This document shows positions 1-12,148 of a stretch of 64,000 nucleotides of DNA, one piece after another; within the stretch, counting starts at the first letter, position 1; each line of letters starts with the position of its first letter. The notes beneath the pieces are model-generated. The model saw only the letters and a list, made by a program, of their open reading frames with translations, had not been told where the DNA came from and ran no database searches. A program made the position numbers and the translations under genes. The DNA comes from Tubulanus polymorphus (taxonomy: Eukaryota; Animalia; Nemertea): positions 9,828,451 to 9,892,450 of the forward strand of contig NC_134035.1 of NCBI RefSeq assembly GCF_964204645.1, given 5' to 3'.

Positions 1-3000
1 GCGAATCGAAGCTTCGTCGAGAATTCGAAGTCTACGGCCCGATACGCATGGTAAGAGGGGAATATTCGGAGATAGATCGCCGACACGAGTCTGTGCGCGT
101 TATTTATTACTGAACGGCGTTTTCATCGCTGAACTTAACATACTTTATTTCTACGCGGAATTATCTTTAGTTCCGCTTCACATATATATATATATATATA
201 TATATCAGGGTCGGTACAATTCCTTGATTCGTTAAAAACGTCTTCTGAACAGAGAGTGCTTTTTAAGATTCTTGAAACTCCTTTAATTTGAGCAAAGTCT
301 TCAAAGAAAACTACAGTAGACTAACGTCTAAATCGGTACAGTTGGGACCAGGATATTTTCTTTACCCAATTAGGGGGTTATGGAATTAGAAACCTAGTTC
401 AGGTTATTCAACGGCTGAAAATTTGCTTACAAAACCAGTACCGAGATAAACAGTACCGGTTTAGTTTGAGTCTACTGTAATCGGGATGTGAAAGCGATGC
501 TGAAATTCGAAAAAACTTTTTCCTCGAAATTCCTTCTATCCGGGAATGACTGATCTGTAGGGACGGTGTATATGTATGAATACGGTTAACGTAGGAAAGA
601 TTTAATACGTATTTGATTGGAAACCGCCTCTGTATCTTACAGCGAGGTTCTCTCAATGGCAGTAGTTGCAGCAGCGATAACGCCGCGAACCCTGGCTTTT
701 TCACATACTCGTATTCAACGCGATGATCTTGTATGTAGTAAACTCCAGGCACAGTAAACCACTTGATAAACCGCTAATAGTTGATACGCGCGCGGTCGGC
801 GCTATCAATCGGCAAATCAAGAAACACTTCAATCATTATTAAACTCCTCCTTCAACTGATTTAAGTTTGTTTGATCTGGATTAATCGATATCGTGGTTTC
901 ATTTTTTTATGCATGTGTGCGCGTATGGTTTTTCCCTATAAGGCTATAATGAAAATTGATACCTCGTTAAAGAAAATTACTATGACTACGAACCAGGTAT
1001 TTTTAAAAGTTGAAAAAAACTTGCATTAACAAATCCAGGATAGAACTAATGTTTACATCAGTATCCACTTTAGTCAGTGAACTGTTTTTAGGACAAGGAT
1101 ATATTTTTTCTGTTTTCTCCTGGTATATTACTATTACTTATAAATGTAAACAGCCTTCACTTAGACTTGTAGTTATTAGTAACAATGTTTGAAACGTGGG
1201 TTTTCTTTTGATTATTCGTATTTTATAATCAGAAATGACAGAAATCACATTGATTATGATTCTCATCATTTGATGAGATAAATTGGGAATGCTATAAATT
1301 AGTTAAAAACTATAGAATTTCTGATATTTAGCCATTTAAGCAATTGAACTTAGATCCTTTATTTACGGGAGGATATAGATTTGATAGTTGATTCTCTGTT
1401 CCCTGGACTGGGTGGTAGAATCCTGATACTTGTTAGAAGTCCGATTCGGTATATTAGAGCTTTATATATTTAGTAGTACTGATAGATACAGTAGATACTC
1501 TGTATGCAATTTGATAAAACCCTGATACAGCAGATACTCTGCAGTTTGATAAAACCGTGATACAGCAGATACTCTGCAGTTTGATAAAGCCCTGATACAG
1601 TAGATACTCTGTATGTTGGGTGATAAAACCCTGATACAGTAGATACTCTGTATGTGGGGTGATAAAGCCCTGATACAGTAGATACTCTGTATGCAGTTTG
1701 ATAAAGCCCTGATACAGTAGATACTCTGTATGTTGGGTGATAAAACCCTGATACAGAAGATACTCAGTATGCGGCGTGATAAAGCCCTGATACAGTAGAT
1801 ACTCTGTATGCAGTTTGATAAAGCCCTGATACAGTAGACACTCTGTATGCAGTTTGATAAAGCCCTGATACAGTAGATATTCTGTATGTGGGGTGATAAA
1901 GCCCTGATACAGTAGATACTCTGTATGTGTGGTGATAAAGCCCTGATACAGTAGATACTCTGTATGCAGTTTGATAAAGCCCTGATACAGTAGATACTCT
2001 GTATGTGTGGTGATAAAGCCCTGATACAGTAGATACTCTGTATGTGTGGTGATAAAGCCCTGATACAGTAGATACTCTGTATGCAGTTTGATAAAGCCCT
2101 GATACAGTAGATACTCTGTATGTGGGGTGATAAAGCCCTGATACAGTAGACACTCTGTATGCAGTTTGATAAAGCCCTGATACAGTAGATACTCTGTATG
2201 TGGGGTGATAAAGCCCTGATACAGTAGACACTCTGTATGCAGTTTGATAAAGCCCTGATACAGTAGATACTCTGTATGTGGGGTGATAAAGCCCTGATAC
2301 AGAAGATGCTTTGTATGCTGTGTAATAAAACCCTGAATACTGATACAGTACTGGTAGAACCCTGATACAGTTGTTGTAGTGGGGGAGATAAAGTCACGAA
2401 AGACTATTGTAGTCCGATAGTGTAATTACTTGGCACATTGGGTGAAAGAACCCTAATAGAGTACTCATAGAACCCTGATACTGTAATTACGGGGCGGCAG
2501 CTGAAATGTTTCGTGATTGCGATGTGTATCATGATCATTAAATTCTATTGCTGATACTGATCCCGGCGTCTCACGGCGGCTGCTGCTGCTGCTGCTGGTA
2601 CATTCCGGTATCACACGTCATTAATTACAGATCCCACAGTTAATACGCATACATACATACATACATACATACAGGCAGGCACTGGCATCGACCGACAAAC
2701 GAACGCAGCTATCATAATGTGTCTCTGTTGTACGCAGCCGATGAGATCGGTCTCTCGAGAAATCTTTTCATGAGCTTCTCGCGCATTCGTTGAATCATCA
2801 GCAGCTCTTCGGCCGACGACGACGACGACGATGCCGCATACAGGCGGTTAGATTTTTATATACGTTCGTTTTCTGCCACACGTCGTCGACGATGCATGCG
2901 TTACATACGCGGTTCTGACGGCTTCGGTTTTAAATTGAAATTAAGCATCCGAATGCAGCCGTCGTCGTAGATTAACCGATTCAAAGGCGAATCGAGAAAA

Positions 3001-6000
3001 TGCGGCGCCGAAGTGAAAAGAGTTCATTTCGTAAACGCGACGATTTCAGCGATATTTTCTACGCGGCTGAAAACTTGAACGGTTTTGGTTATTTGATGGA
3101 TTTTTTTTTTTTGGCTCCGTACAGTTCTTTACAGATCAGGGAAAATCATGGCACACTCAGGGTACCCGCTTTAATCTAGAAATCAGGGAGTTTTCATTTA
3201 TTGAATATTCTGTTAATTGATCGGATTCCTAGGAGATCAAGCCAGGGAAACAGCAAGTCGGATTCTGAATTTATATTTTCCTGTTCAAAAAATCATACAA
3301 TTCAAGGGCCAGTTGCTGAAAATTTGGGTAAAGATAAATACCATAGGAACAATGAACTTTTAATTGTCTCTTCACCAACTTTTCAGCAACTACAGCCCCT
3401 GAGTCTTTTCTTGAAAAGTCGGGGAACATTTTTCGTGTCTTTAGGGGCCTGTCTAAGAACCGTTTACGCAGATGTTAGTACAGAGCGAGCGGTGATGAAT
3501 CCCGCCTCGGTGGCGGAGGCTGATCGACACCGGTCGTCGCCGCCGGTGATGAAACCCGCCTCGGTGGTGGAGGCTGATCGACACCGGTCGTCGTCGCCGC
3601 CGCCGTCAAATTTCATTAACGCCGCGAGTGACTTAAAAGCGTTCAATTTAACGAATGTTTACCCGCGATACGTGTTCATTCGCCGCGTCTGCTCCCGACG
3701 AGAAATATCGGATAATCGAATATTATCGATAAGTGCTCGGTGGTTTATTGATTATTGATTTCGTGTATACGTACGCGCGCGTGAGAGGTAACCGTAGAGA
3801 ATGTGTGTATGTGTGTGGGTCCGGTTATAATTGATAATGTGAATGTCGGGTGTGTACGCGTGTGTGGGCTTGAAGGCTTACTGTATTCATCGTGTTCTCC
3901 ATATGCTGATAATGCATTCGTTCATGATTGATTTTTTTTAAATTTTTGACCTTATTAGGTATGTCACTCGCAAACCTGATGTAACCTGCTCGTAACAAAA
4001 CAGGATCCAGGTCCGCAGTTATGAGTTGAATGTGACTCGGGAGTTAACTCATCGAAAATGAAATGATTTCAACTCTTGAGTTAACTCTCTTTTCTAACTC
4101 GTAATTGTGGAATTCGGCCCAGGGATTTTGATATCTATATGCTGGGATCTAAAAGGGACTGCTTTTATGCATTCACTTATTTAATTGGTCACTGGATAGT
4201 GGATATTTCTAAGGGGTGGTTGGTTTTCGGAGTAGGACGGATGTAAAAATGACAAGGGGGGCTTGTGGAGAACAGTGTATGTACTTCGATGCCCCCCCCC
4301 CCCCCCCCCGCGCGCTCGCGTTTTCCAAGAATCGCAACACAATAATAATAAAAGTAATGTTTTCAACAGATGTGCAGCCGAGTCCAATTTCCAGTTATCC
4401 GCTGGTGTGCGTATTGTCAGAGAAATGGTTTATTCGTCTTTGTACCCGATACTGAAAAATTGATATATGGCGTCGAAATCCATTCTTTTTTTTTAATTAT
4501 TATTAATTACCTACTTCACTTATTGGAAAATCCGAAGTCAAATACAAATTTACGGCTGTTGTAGTTGAACTGGTTCCGCTTCAACGAACTTGTCAGTGTT
4601 GACGAGTATGCGTACTACTTTCAAACCACGAATAACTGTTATATTCGTCATTTGTAATAGGGGCCGGGCGCTTACCTGGATATCGGCGGAAAGTCAGGGA
4701 ATGATCTTTTCTTTCAAAAAAGTCAGGGAATTTTGTAAAAAAAATTTTTTAATGAATATCAAGGTCCTTAATTTATTTGAAATTTTTGGTCTTTGATGGA
4801 GAAATCCGATGAATTGTTACGTATATAAATTTGCAATGCGTTTGTAATCCTGTTGATATAGATCCATTGTTTCCTTATAACGACATGCATGTAATAACAT
4901 CTGATTTGAATGAAAACTGAATCTAAATTTTGCCTATTTTTTGCGTATATTTCAGATCCGGTTGGTAACTGATAAGCTGTCTAATAAACCGCGGGGATAC
5001 GCATTTATAGAGTATGAACATGAACGTGATATGCATTGTAAGTATGCTAATCGAGGTTGACCTCTGACCTGACGTCACGAGTGTCCCTCCGGCGCCCCGC
5101 AGCAGGTGGCGCCGTTCTACGCGGCGTATCGATTACACCGTTCTATGAACGCGAGGATCGGTCGTGGTCGAAAAAAAAAAAACATTTACGATAACCATCG
5201 TTGAAACCATGTTGATGTGATATCCCGATCTCAAGAGTCTGAAATGTTTCCTTGAGCTAGAAGTTTATTCGACGTTTCGACTATATCCTTCTAAGTCCTG
5301 CATTTTTAAGCTGGTACCTCGTCTTAAGTTTTAAAAAACCTCTGATAGGTGAACGATCAACCAACCTAGCAAACACCTTTATGAATTTGATTTCCCTCAA
5401 AATTTCACATTGAATTGCTAGATTATTCTCTATTTTGCTTGAGGTTTTTTAAGCATATAAAGACTAGAATTACGACATGCTACGAATGTTCTCAAAGCCA
5501 CTAACGTAAGGCGATTACTCGAACCCCCCGCCCCCTCCGAAAAGGGGGTAACCCCTCTTCCACTGCTTGCATGCTATGGCCCAATCCCGGACTGGTACAA
5601 GGTCCCGGTTTTCCTCAGAAACTCCAAACAGAAGATGCTGTTAAGGCTGTTTGAAGCTTCTTTGACTTCATCGAAATGCCCCTAACTCAACAGAGACCCA
5701 AAACTTTTTGCCAAAACTATAGATGGCCGACGCCCGACTCGTGTAAACATTTCAGACTCGAGCGTAAGATTTTATATCGAACGTTTAAACGATATTCGTA
5801 CTCAACCGCTACGAACACGTGTTACACGCGTAAACTGTTGATTTACGCTAAACGATTGTCGTCGTCGACGTCGTTTCGCGAACGAGGCGTGTTTCGAAAC
5901 GTTTTGTGTCGAGCAACTCGCGCGGCAAGATGTATTAATAAGGTTGACGCGTTGGTGGAGTCAATAATTTCGGTGCGAACAGATGGTTTTAAACGACGCC

Positions 6001-9000
6001 ATTTAAACTGCTACTAAATTAAATCGGTAATAATGGCGTCGGTAAGATTTATAACGAATGACACAAAGAGAATTTTTTTTTTTTAAAAGGTGTATTTTGG
6101 ATTGGTAAGATTTTTAAATCGTGTCCTACGTAAAGGTACATATATAGACGTATCGAAATGATTAGTGGGTAAGACCAGATTGTGTAGGTTAGGTTTTGTT
6201 AAAGCAGGTAAAATAAGCAAGGTTTTATAAGTTGGAGATAAGGTAATTTAGTTCTGAAGTGTAGGAATGGGTTCGATATTCGGTAAACTTATAAGGTTAT
6301 GACAGGTAAACCACCTAATAAAGGTGAGGTGTATACATTAGTATGGGTTTATTTGGGCGAAGGTGTGTTGAAGAGCTGGCTGTTGCAATTTTGTATTAGA
6401 AAGGTGAAGTATGGGTTGAAAGTTCAGGTAATTATATCTACCGCGTAAATGGCTATGGGAGGTTGGGCTTGAAAGTTCATTGTTTTTAGTCTAAAGAGTT
6501 GTTTGGGGGTTGAAGTTCATCATCTCTAGACTAAAAGGGATATCTTGAAGCTGTTCAGGTATAGTGTCATAATATTCTAAAGGGTGGTTTGGAGGTTTAT
6601 TCTGAAGTTCAGGTATTGTATCATCTCTAAAAGAGGTGTCTTGAAACTGTTCAGGTATTGTGTTGTGTACTCAAAAGGGGTAGTTTGGGGGTTGATCCTG
6701 AAGTTCAGGTATTGTATCATCTCTAAATGGGCTGTCTTGAAACTGTTCAGGTATTGTGTTATACTCTAAAGGGTGGTAAGGGGTTGATGTTCATGATCTC
6801 TAGACTAATTGGGGTGTCTCGAAACTGTTCAGGTATTGTGTATACTCTAAAAGTTGGTTTGGGGGTTGATTGTGAAGTTCAGGTATTGTGTACCATGTTG
6901 TTAAGGTTAGGGCGGGGGGAGGGGGTGGCGTTTGATGTAATGACGAGGTTGTAAGTGCCTCGAACTAACGAAGGGTGTAAACCCTCGGTTCAGGTAAAAC
7001 AGTTTCCGGGTGACAAGATTCGTCATAAAATTGGACTGTTGTTTAGGAGTTGTGAGTGTAGGTATGTTAGGTGGGTATAAATACCAGATCAGGTGTAGTA
7101 TGGTCATCGCTATTTTTCCCTGAATAAAAAAATTAACAGAGAAATTTAGGCTTCCTTAAGATGAACACACTGTTCGTAGAAAAATGTTTTGAAAAAAACT
7201 AATTATCAAATATGGCTGACTTGCAGTTGTCAATTACGCCATAGAACTCAAAAATCCTAGTCCCTGAGAAATTGTTTGAAAATAGCTTGAAAATTACCGA
7301 TAAACGTTTTAGTTTTAAGTTCGATTGAAGTAAAATTTTCATCTGTTTCGTCCGTCATAAAAAAAAACAATTTCTGATTTTCGGTCATCAAAATTCTTAG
7401 AAACAAAATCCTATTAGATATTAGCAGAAAACCCTGTGTATATATATATACAGTATACATTAGAACTATAAATGCTTACTTTGACTTGCCTGCCATTGAA
7501 TCATTGAGTCGTAATGCGCATTTAACAATAAGCATAACGACTGTTAATGGTTTACTATGGCACCCTTAATCAGGTAGGTCAGGTAAGTTAGGGGTCGTGT
7601 GGATGCGTTAGTGAGGCTGCGCGGTGTGATTAAACTGGTCCGATCGTCATTTATAAAAAACAAAACTACGTAAGTTACTACTGCGTAAGTTTCATTCGAT
7701 TTTGATTCGTTTTTGTTGTTTATTTTTCTATTTCGATGATTATTATTGACTTTTTGTCGTATTTGTTTGATATATATATATATATATATATATCACCACC
7801 GCCATCATCTCTATTCCATTGTATTAAAACGTTACGCAATCGTCCGCGGATAATAGCGTCGCCACCGATGCAAATCGATGATATAAGGATAGGTAAAATA
7901 TATTGTGAGTGTGAAGGTATATTCGTAGGTTTCGAAGGTTTGTAATGCTTGGAGTTAATCGAATAGGGTTTCCGGGTGACAGGTAACACCCCCGACGGGT
8001 AAAGTTTGTATACCGCGCAGCAGATGGCGTTTCGGGTTTTCGTCCTTTAGGGTTTTTAGATCTTCAGTTTGTTGTCTCGTGATCGACGAATCACTCGAGA
8101 GAGAGTTTTGGTAAAATTTGGTTAGCAGGTTGAGGAATTGTCATCGATTTCAGATGATTGGTTAGTTGCACGTGTAAGGTTCCTCGTCCTTCCATCCATC
8201 TGCTGTTGCGTTTTCAATAGGCATGGTGTTCGATGTGTTTGATTTTTTTTCGACGAATGTCTTATTCATCGTCGTTCACGTTTTCGCATTCGATGTTCGT
8301 TTCAGCCGCTTATAAACACGCGGACGGTAAAAAAATTGATGGCAGACGTGTTTTGGTCGACGTAATGCGTTCGCGTACAGTGAAAGGATGGCGTCCGAGA
8401 CGATTAGGTAAGTAATGGACAGTTCTTGTGTCGTCATGGCCAACTTCGGTTTTCGTAGCTAGTCGACTAGTGGTCAGAACTAATAACCGAACGCACTATA
8501 GTTTGGTCGTAACGTATTTCAGCGCCTGCCATCTTGGAAATGGGTCGGAACTACGGTGACCGCGCTCAATCCCGTTGTCGACTATTTCCAGACCATAGTT
8601 CCGACTAACTGACATTCGGTTTTGTTTAGTTTGACTATAGTGGACTAACTCAGATAACCGAAGTTCACCATTGGTGGCCACAGACTTGGAAAACCGGTTA
8701 AATTCAGGGAATCGGAAAAATCAGCGAAAACTCTGGGAGTTTGGATATGTTATTGGCCGCCCATTTCTTGATAAACACGTGACTTGTACAAAGTGAATAA
8801 GTTGTAACATTTTAAACCACCAAATCTCTCCATTCACCCGCAGATTCAATCAGGGAATTTGTAAATGTGGAACATCAGAGAACAGGCTAAACCACACAGC
8901 ATCTCTGCAAAATCAGGGAAATCGAGAAATTTTGCCAGAAAGGGATCTGGATATACTATTGACCACTCATTTCTTTATCAATAAGTGATAAAGAATGAAT

Positions 9001-10398
9001 TAATAGTGAAAATTTAAACCAGGAAATCTCTCCATTCTCAGCGGATTTGTAAATGGAGGAATGTGGCCACCCTGTGTCAAAGATTAAGCCATAGCATCTC
9101 TGACTGGAGTTTTGTCACTGATCATTGTAATCAATGAGTGTGTATTAATCCATATTTGTCACTTTCAGGTGGAGGTCTTGGTTCAACGAGAAAGGGCGGG
9201 CCCGATGTGAATAGTCGATTTTCAGGACGCGATGATATGAGCGGGGGTGGTGGACGTGGTAGGAGTCCATCGCCGTACAGCGGCGGAGGAGGGGTGGGAG
9301 GTGGTGGTCCCGGCGAGCGCGAAAGAGGAGGAGGTATGGGCGGAGGCGGCGGTGGTGGCGAGCGAGGAATGAGGCGTAAACGTAGTCGTAGCCGAGAACG
9401 TCGAAGAAGTCGTAGCAGAGACCGTGAAAGACGTAGAAGTCGAGAACGCGAAGGTATTTTAGAAATCGTGATTAAAAGTCTTTAAAATTTTCTGAAGTAA
9501 AGTTAATGTCCGTTGTAACGCCATCCTTTTTAACACCACTGCTCTCTTGAGAAATTAACAAAATTCAAATTCAATGGAACAACAGTAGATAGTAGACTTC
9601 TAAATAAGTATGGGTAGAACCAGGATTTTCTTTACCCAATTGGGCAGTTACCCAATTAGAAAGCAAGTTAAATAATGTTAAGGATAAAAATTTGCTTACG
9701 AAACCACTGAAATTAGTAGTTTACTGAGATAGTATCGATTTAAGAGGAGTCTACTTTTATCGGAATATAAAAGTGATGCAGATGCTTCTTAGAAATTTGA
9801 AATTTTCTCCTTTGGGATCATTCATTTATTACGTACGCATAAAATTTGGATTTTTCAACCCCCCTCCCCCTCTGTACGCAAAATCGGCCATTTTTTCATA
9901 TACATTAAGCATTACAGTACGCAATTGCACTGACCCCTCCCCCCTCCCTTGATGCGTACGTAATAAATGAATGACCCCTTTAAAACTCCTCAAATCCTGG
10001 AATGGACTGATCGGTAGAGACCCTGTTATAGTTGACTGATCGAGTCTTCATTGTATTTTCTAACAGATCGCCGCCGAAGGAGAAGCAGATCACGAGATCG
10101 CGACCGCTCGAGGCGAAGTCGAAGCCGCGATCGTAAACGCAGCAGACGCAGTCGATCACCGCGCGAGCGACGATCGCGATCGGAGGAACAGGACGATCAA
10201 TACGGCGGCGGCGCGGACGGACAACGAAACGGTAGCGGCAAACGCGATAACTACGACGACGGTAATCAATACGGCGGCGCCGGGGACGACGACTTCGACG
10301 TGCCATACATCAAAGAGGAGCGCGTCGACGACGGATACGTGGAGAACGACCAGAAACCGTTCGTCGGGGGAATACCGGACGAGCCGGTGTCCGATTAG
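1..10398 (+). CDS. SNRNP70: U1 snRNP 70 kDa protein (5'-partial, 5 exons visible)
   Basis: Exons <1-50, 4956-5037, 8306-8407, 9169-9453, 10067-10398, all GT-AG and phase-consistent. Translation [88 protein letters not shown] plus an RS/RD tail is the U1-70K RRM and C-terminus. Confidence 0.97.
206..563. mobile_element. Non-autonomous DNA element (MITE family A, CAGGGTCCCTAC-type ends)
   Basis: The same internal sequence (aatttgcttacaaaaccac, aaatcggtacagttgggaccagg) recurs at about 9600-10024, 33053-33402, 41369-41680 and 44530-44962. The copy at 33053-33402 has inverted ends cagggtccctac/atagggaccctg. Confidence 0.65.
1480..2375. repeat. 39-bp minisatellite, about 22-23 copies, in an SNRNP70 intron
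   Basis: Unit gataaagccctgatacagtagatactctgtat followed by a variable 7-mer (gcagttt/gtggggt/gttgggt/gtgtggt). It explains the repetitive minus-strand ORFs 1462-2397 and 1764-2231. Confidence 0.95.
3489..3605 (+). repeat. 54-bp GC-rich direct duplication (2 copies)
   Basis: cggtgatgaa(t/a)cccgcctcggtgg(c/t)ggaggctgatcgacaccggtcgtcg, with GTGATGA at 3492 and 3546. Confidence 0.9.
6027..8005 (+). promoter_or_regulatory. Cluster of 5'-splice-site-like motifs in the SNRNP70 intron (candidate U1 decoy/sensor array)
   Basis: About 35-40 sense-strand AG|GT or GTRAG motifs, e.g. cag|gtaaaa 6208, cag|gtaaac 6306, aag|gtgagg 6324, cag|gtaatt 6428, cag|gtattg x6, cag|gtaggt 7574, cag|gtaagt 7583. Function is inferred. 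Confidence 0.6.
6415..6895 (+). repeat. Degenerate 42/54-bp (96-bp dimer) tandem repeat carrying ttcag|gtattg
   Basis: GT positions 6559, 6613, 6655, 6709, 6751, 6833, 6883 (spacing 54, 42, 54, 42, 82, 50). Confidence 0.85.
8438..8680. mobile_element. Dispersed repeat/MITE family B
   Basis: ggccaacttcggtt...gtcgactagtggtc...aactcagataaccg...gtggcc is found reverse-complemented at about 52955-53133 and 53611-53773. Confidence 0.7.
9814..9978. mobile_element. MITE nested in a family A copy
   Basis: About 26-bp TIRs gggatcattcatttattacgtacgca / tgcgtacgtaataaatgaatgacccc. A partial copy starts at about 15988. Confidence 0.8.
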
Positions 10399-12148
10399 AA
10401 CGTTCGCGTCGACGCGGGTTGTTTTTTCCCCAAGTGGCGGAAATGTCCGCCGCAATCGAAGTACCTTTTTAACATATTCACGGTTTGCATTTACTCATAC
10501 ATACGCTAGCGTTTAAAACATCGTGGTAGGTATTATACAAACTTTGGAAAAATGTGCGCGAAAGCTACATACATTAACTCTCCTGTTAAACATCTGTTGA
10601 ATTTCCTACGTGTGATTTCGATTAACTTTAGATGTATGCGTAATGATAACAATGCCAAATTTTTACGAAATTATTTTAAAACTAATGATGACGAATGCTT
10701 AAGATTTGAAGTGTTTTAATGGAAGATTGCGTTTTGCTGTAAATAGTGTTCGAATCGAAGGAGTTTCTCTCGTAGATGAAATATAAGCAATCGGTCTCAA
10801 TGTGCTGATATCTATTCAATCATTACATCTCAAATAGTTACTTTTAAATCCAATATATATACATCGACATGCTTTGTGTGTGTAGCCACATTCTAAGTAA
10901 AGAACACAAATCGTACATTATGCTGGAGAAATCTACAAGCCTTTCTTGGTTGACGGTTGAAGGTTCTATTGATTCATTTTGAGATGATGCACTGTTGTAT
11001 TTATTAAATCTCGAGTAAATAGAATTTTTGTATATATTGTACTTGATGAATATTAGTTTTGCGTTACTTGTTTCTGAGGATTAAAAGCAGTTTCAGCGGA
11101 GGAGGTTCAGTGAGAGGAAATGACTGGAATCACAGCCAGTTTTCGATAATGCAAGAATTGAGGATGAAACATTATGAGGATGAAAAGAGCAGTTCACTGG
11201 GTTCAAAACTTTTGACTAAGAAGGATGCCCTCATAACCAACAAACTTTCAAAACTTCCATAATTTCATTCATCTGAAGATTCATTATTTAAAGAATTGAT
11301 CCTCTGAAAAATAGATATGTTTCATCAGTTTTAATTATTACTCTACTGCCAGGGTCGGTTCCTCCACTGCCATTATAGCGTTCACCTGAACCGGGTGGCA
11401 GCACTGTACAGTCCCCTAGCGGAATTTCTGTGAACTAATATGTAAAACTGCCCATGCTTGACTTTTGACTAAGAAGGATGCCCTTATAACCAACAAACTT
11501 TCAAAACTTCCATAATTTCATTCATCTGGATGATTCATTATTTAAAGAATTGATCCTCTGAAAAATAGATATGTTTCATCAGTTTTAATTATTACTCTAC
11601 TGCCAGGGTCGGTTCCTCCACTGCCATTATAGCGTTCACCTGAACCGGGTGGCAGCACTGTACAGTCCCCTAGCGGAATTTCTGTGAACTAATATGTAAA
11701 ACTGCCCATGCTTGACTTTTGACTAAGAAGGATGCCCTTATAACCAACAAACTTTCAAAACTTCCATAATTTCATTCATCTGGATGATTTATTATTTAAA
11801 GAATTGATCCTCTGAAAAATAGATATGTTTCATTAGTTTTAATTATTACTCTACTGCCAGGGTCGGTTCCTCCACTGCCATTATAGCGTTCACCTGAACC
11901 GGGTGGCAGCACTGTACAGTCCCCTAGCGGAATTTCTGTGAACTAATATGTAAAACTGCCCATGTTTGACTTTTGACTAAGAAGAATGCCCTTATAACCA
12001 ACAAACTTTCAAAACTTCCATAATTTCATTCATCTGGATGATTCATTATTTAAAGAATTGATCCTCTGAAAAATAGATATGTTTCATCAGTTTTAATTAT
12101 TACTCTACTGCCAGGGTCGGTTCCTCCACTGCCATGATAGCGTTCACC

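Noticed and set aside
1480-2375. CRISPR-like constant palindromic repeat with variable spacer
   Set aside because: The variable part is only 7 nt with a few recurring alleles, the context is a eukaryotic intron, and there are no cas genes. It is a minisatellite.
1462-2397. 311-aa and 155-aa repetitive ORFs
   Set aside because: Antisense by-products of a 39-bp (multiple of 3) repeat.
3201-3758. 185-aa ORF in the SNRNP70 intron
   Set aside because: TTG start, begins in MITE-like sequence, and has no recognisable domain.
5283-5290. ATATCCTT, a U12-type donor motif
   Set aside because: A single copy with no tandem USSE arrangement, and similar 8-mers occur elsewhere (about 16966 and 50347), consistent with chance.
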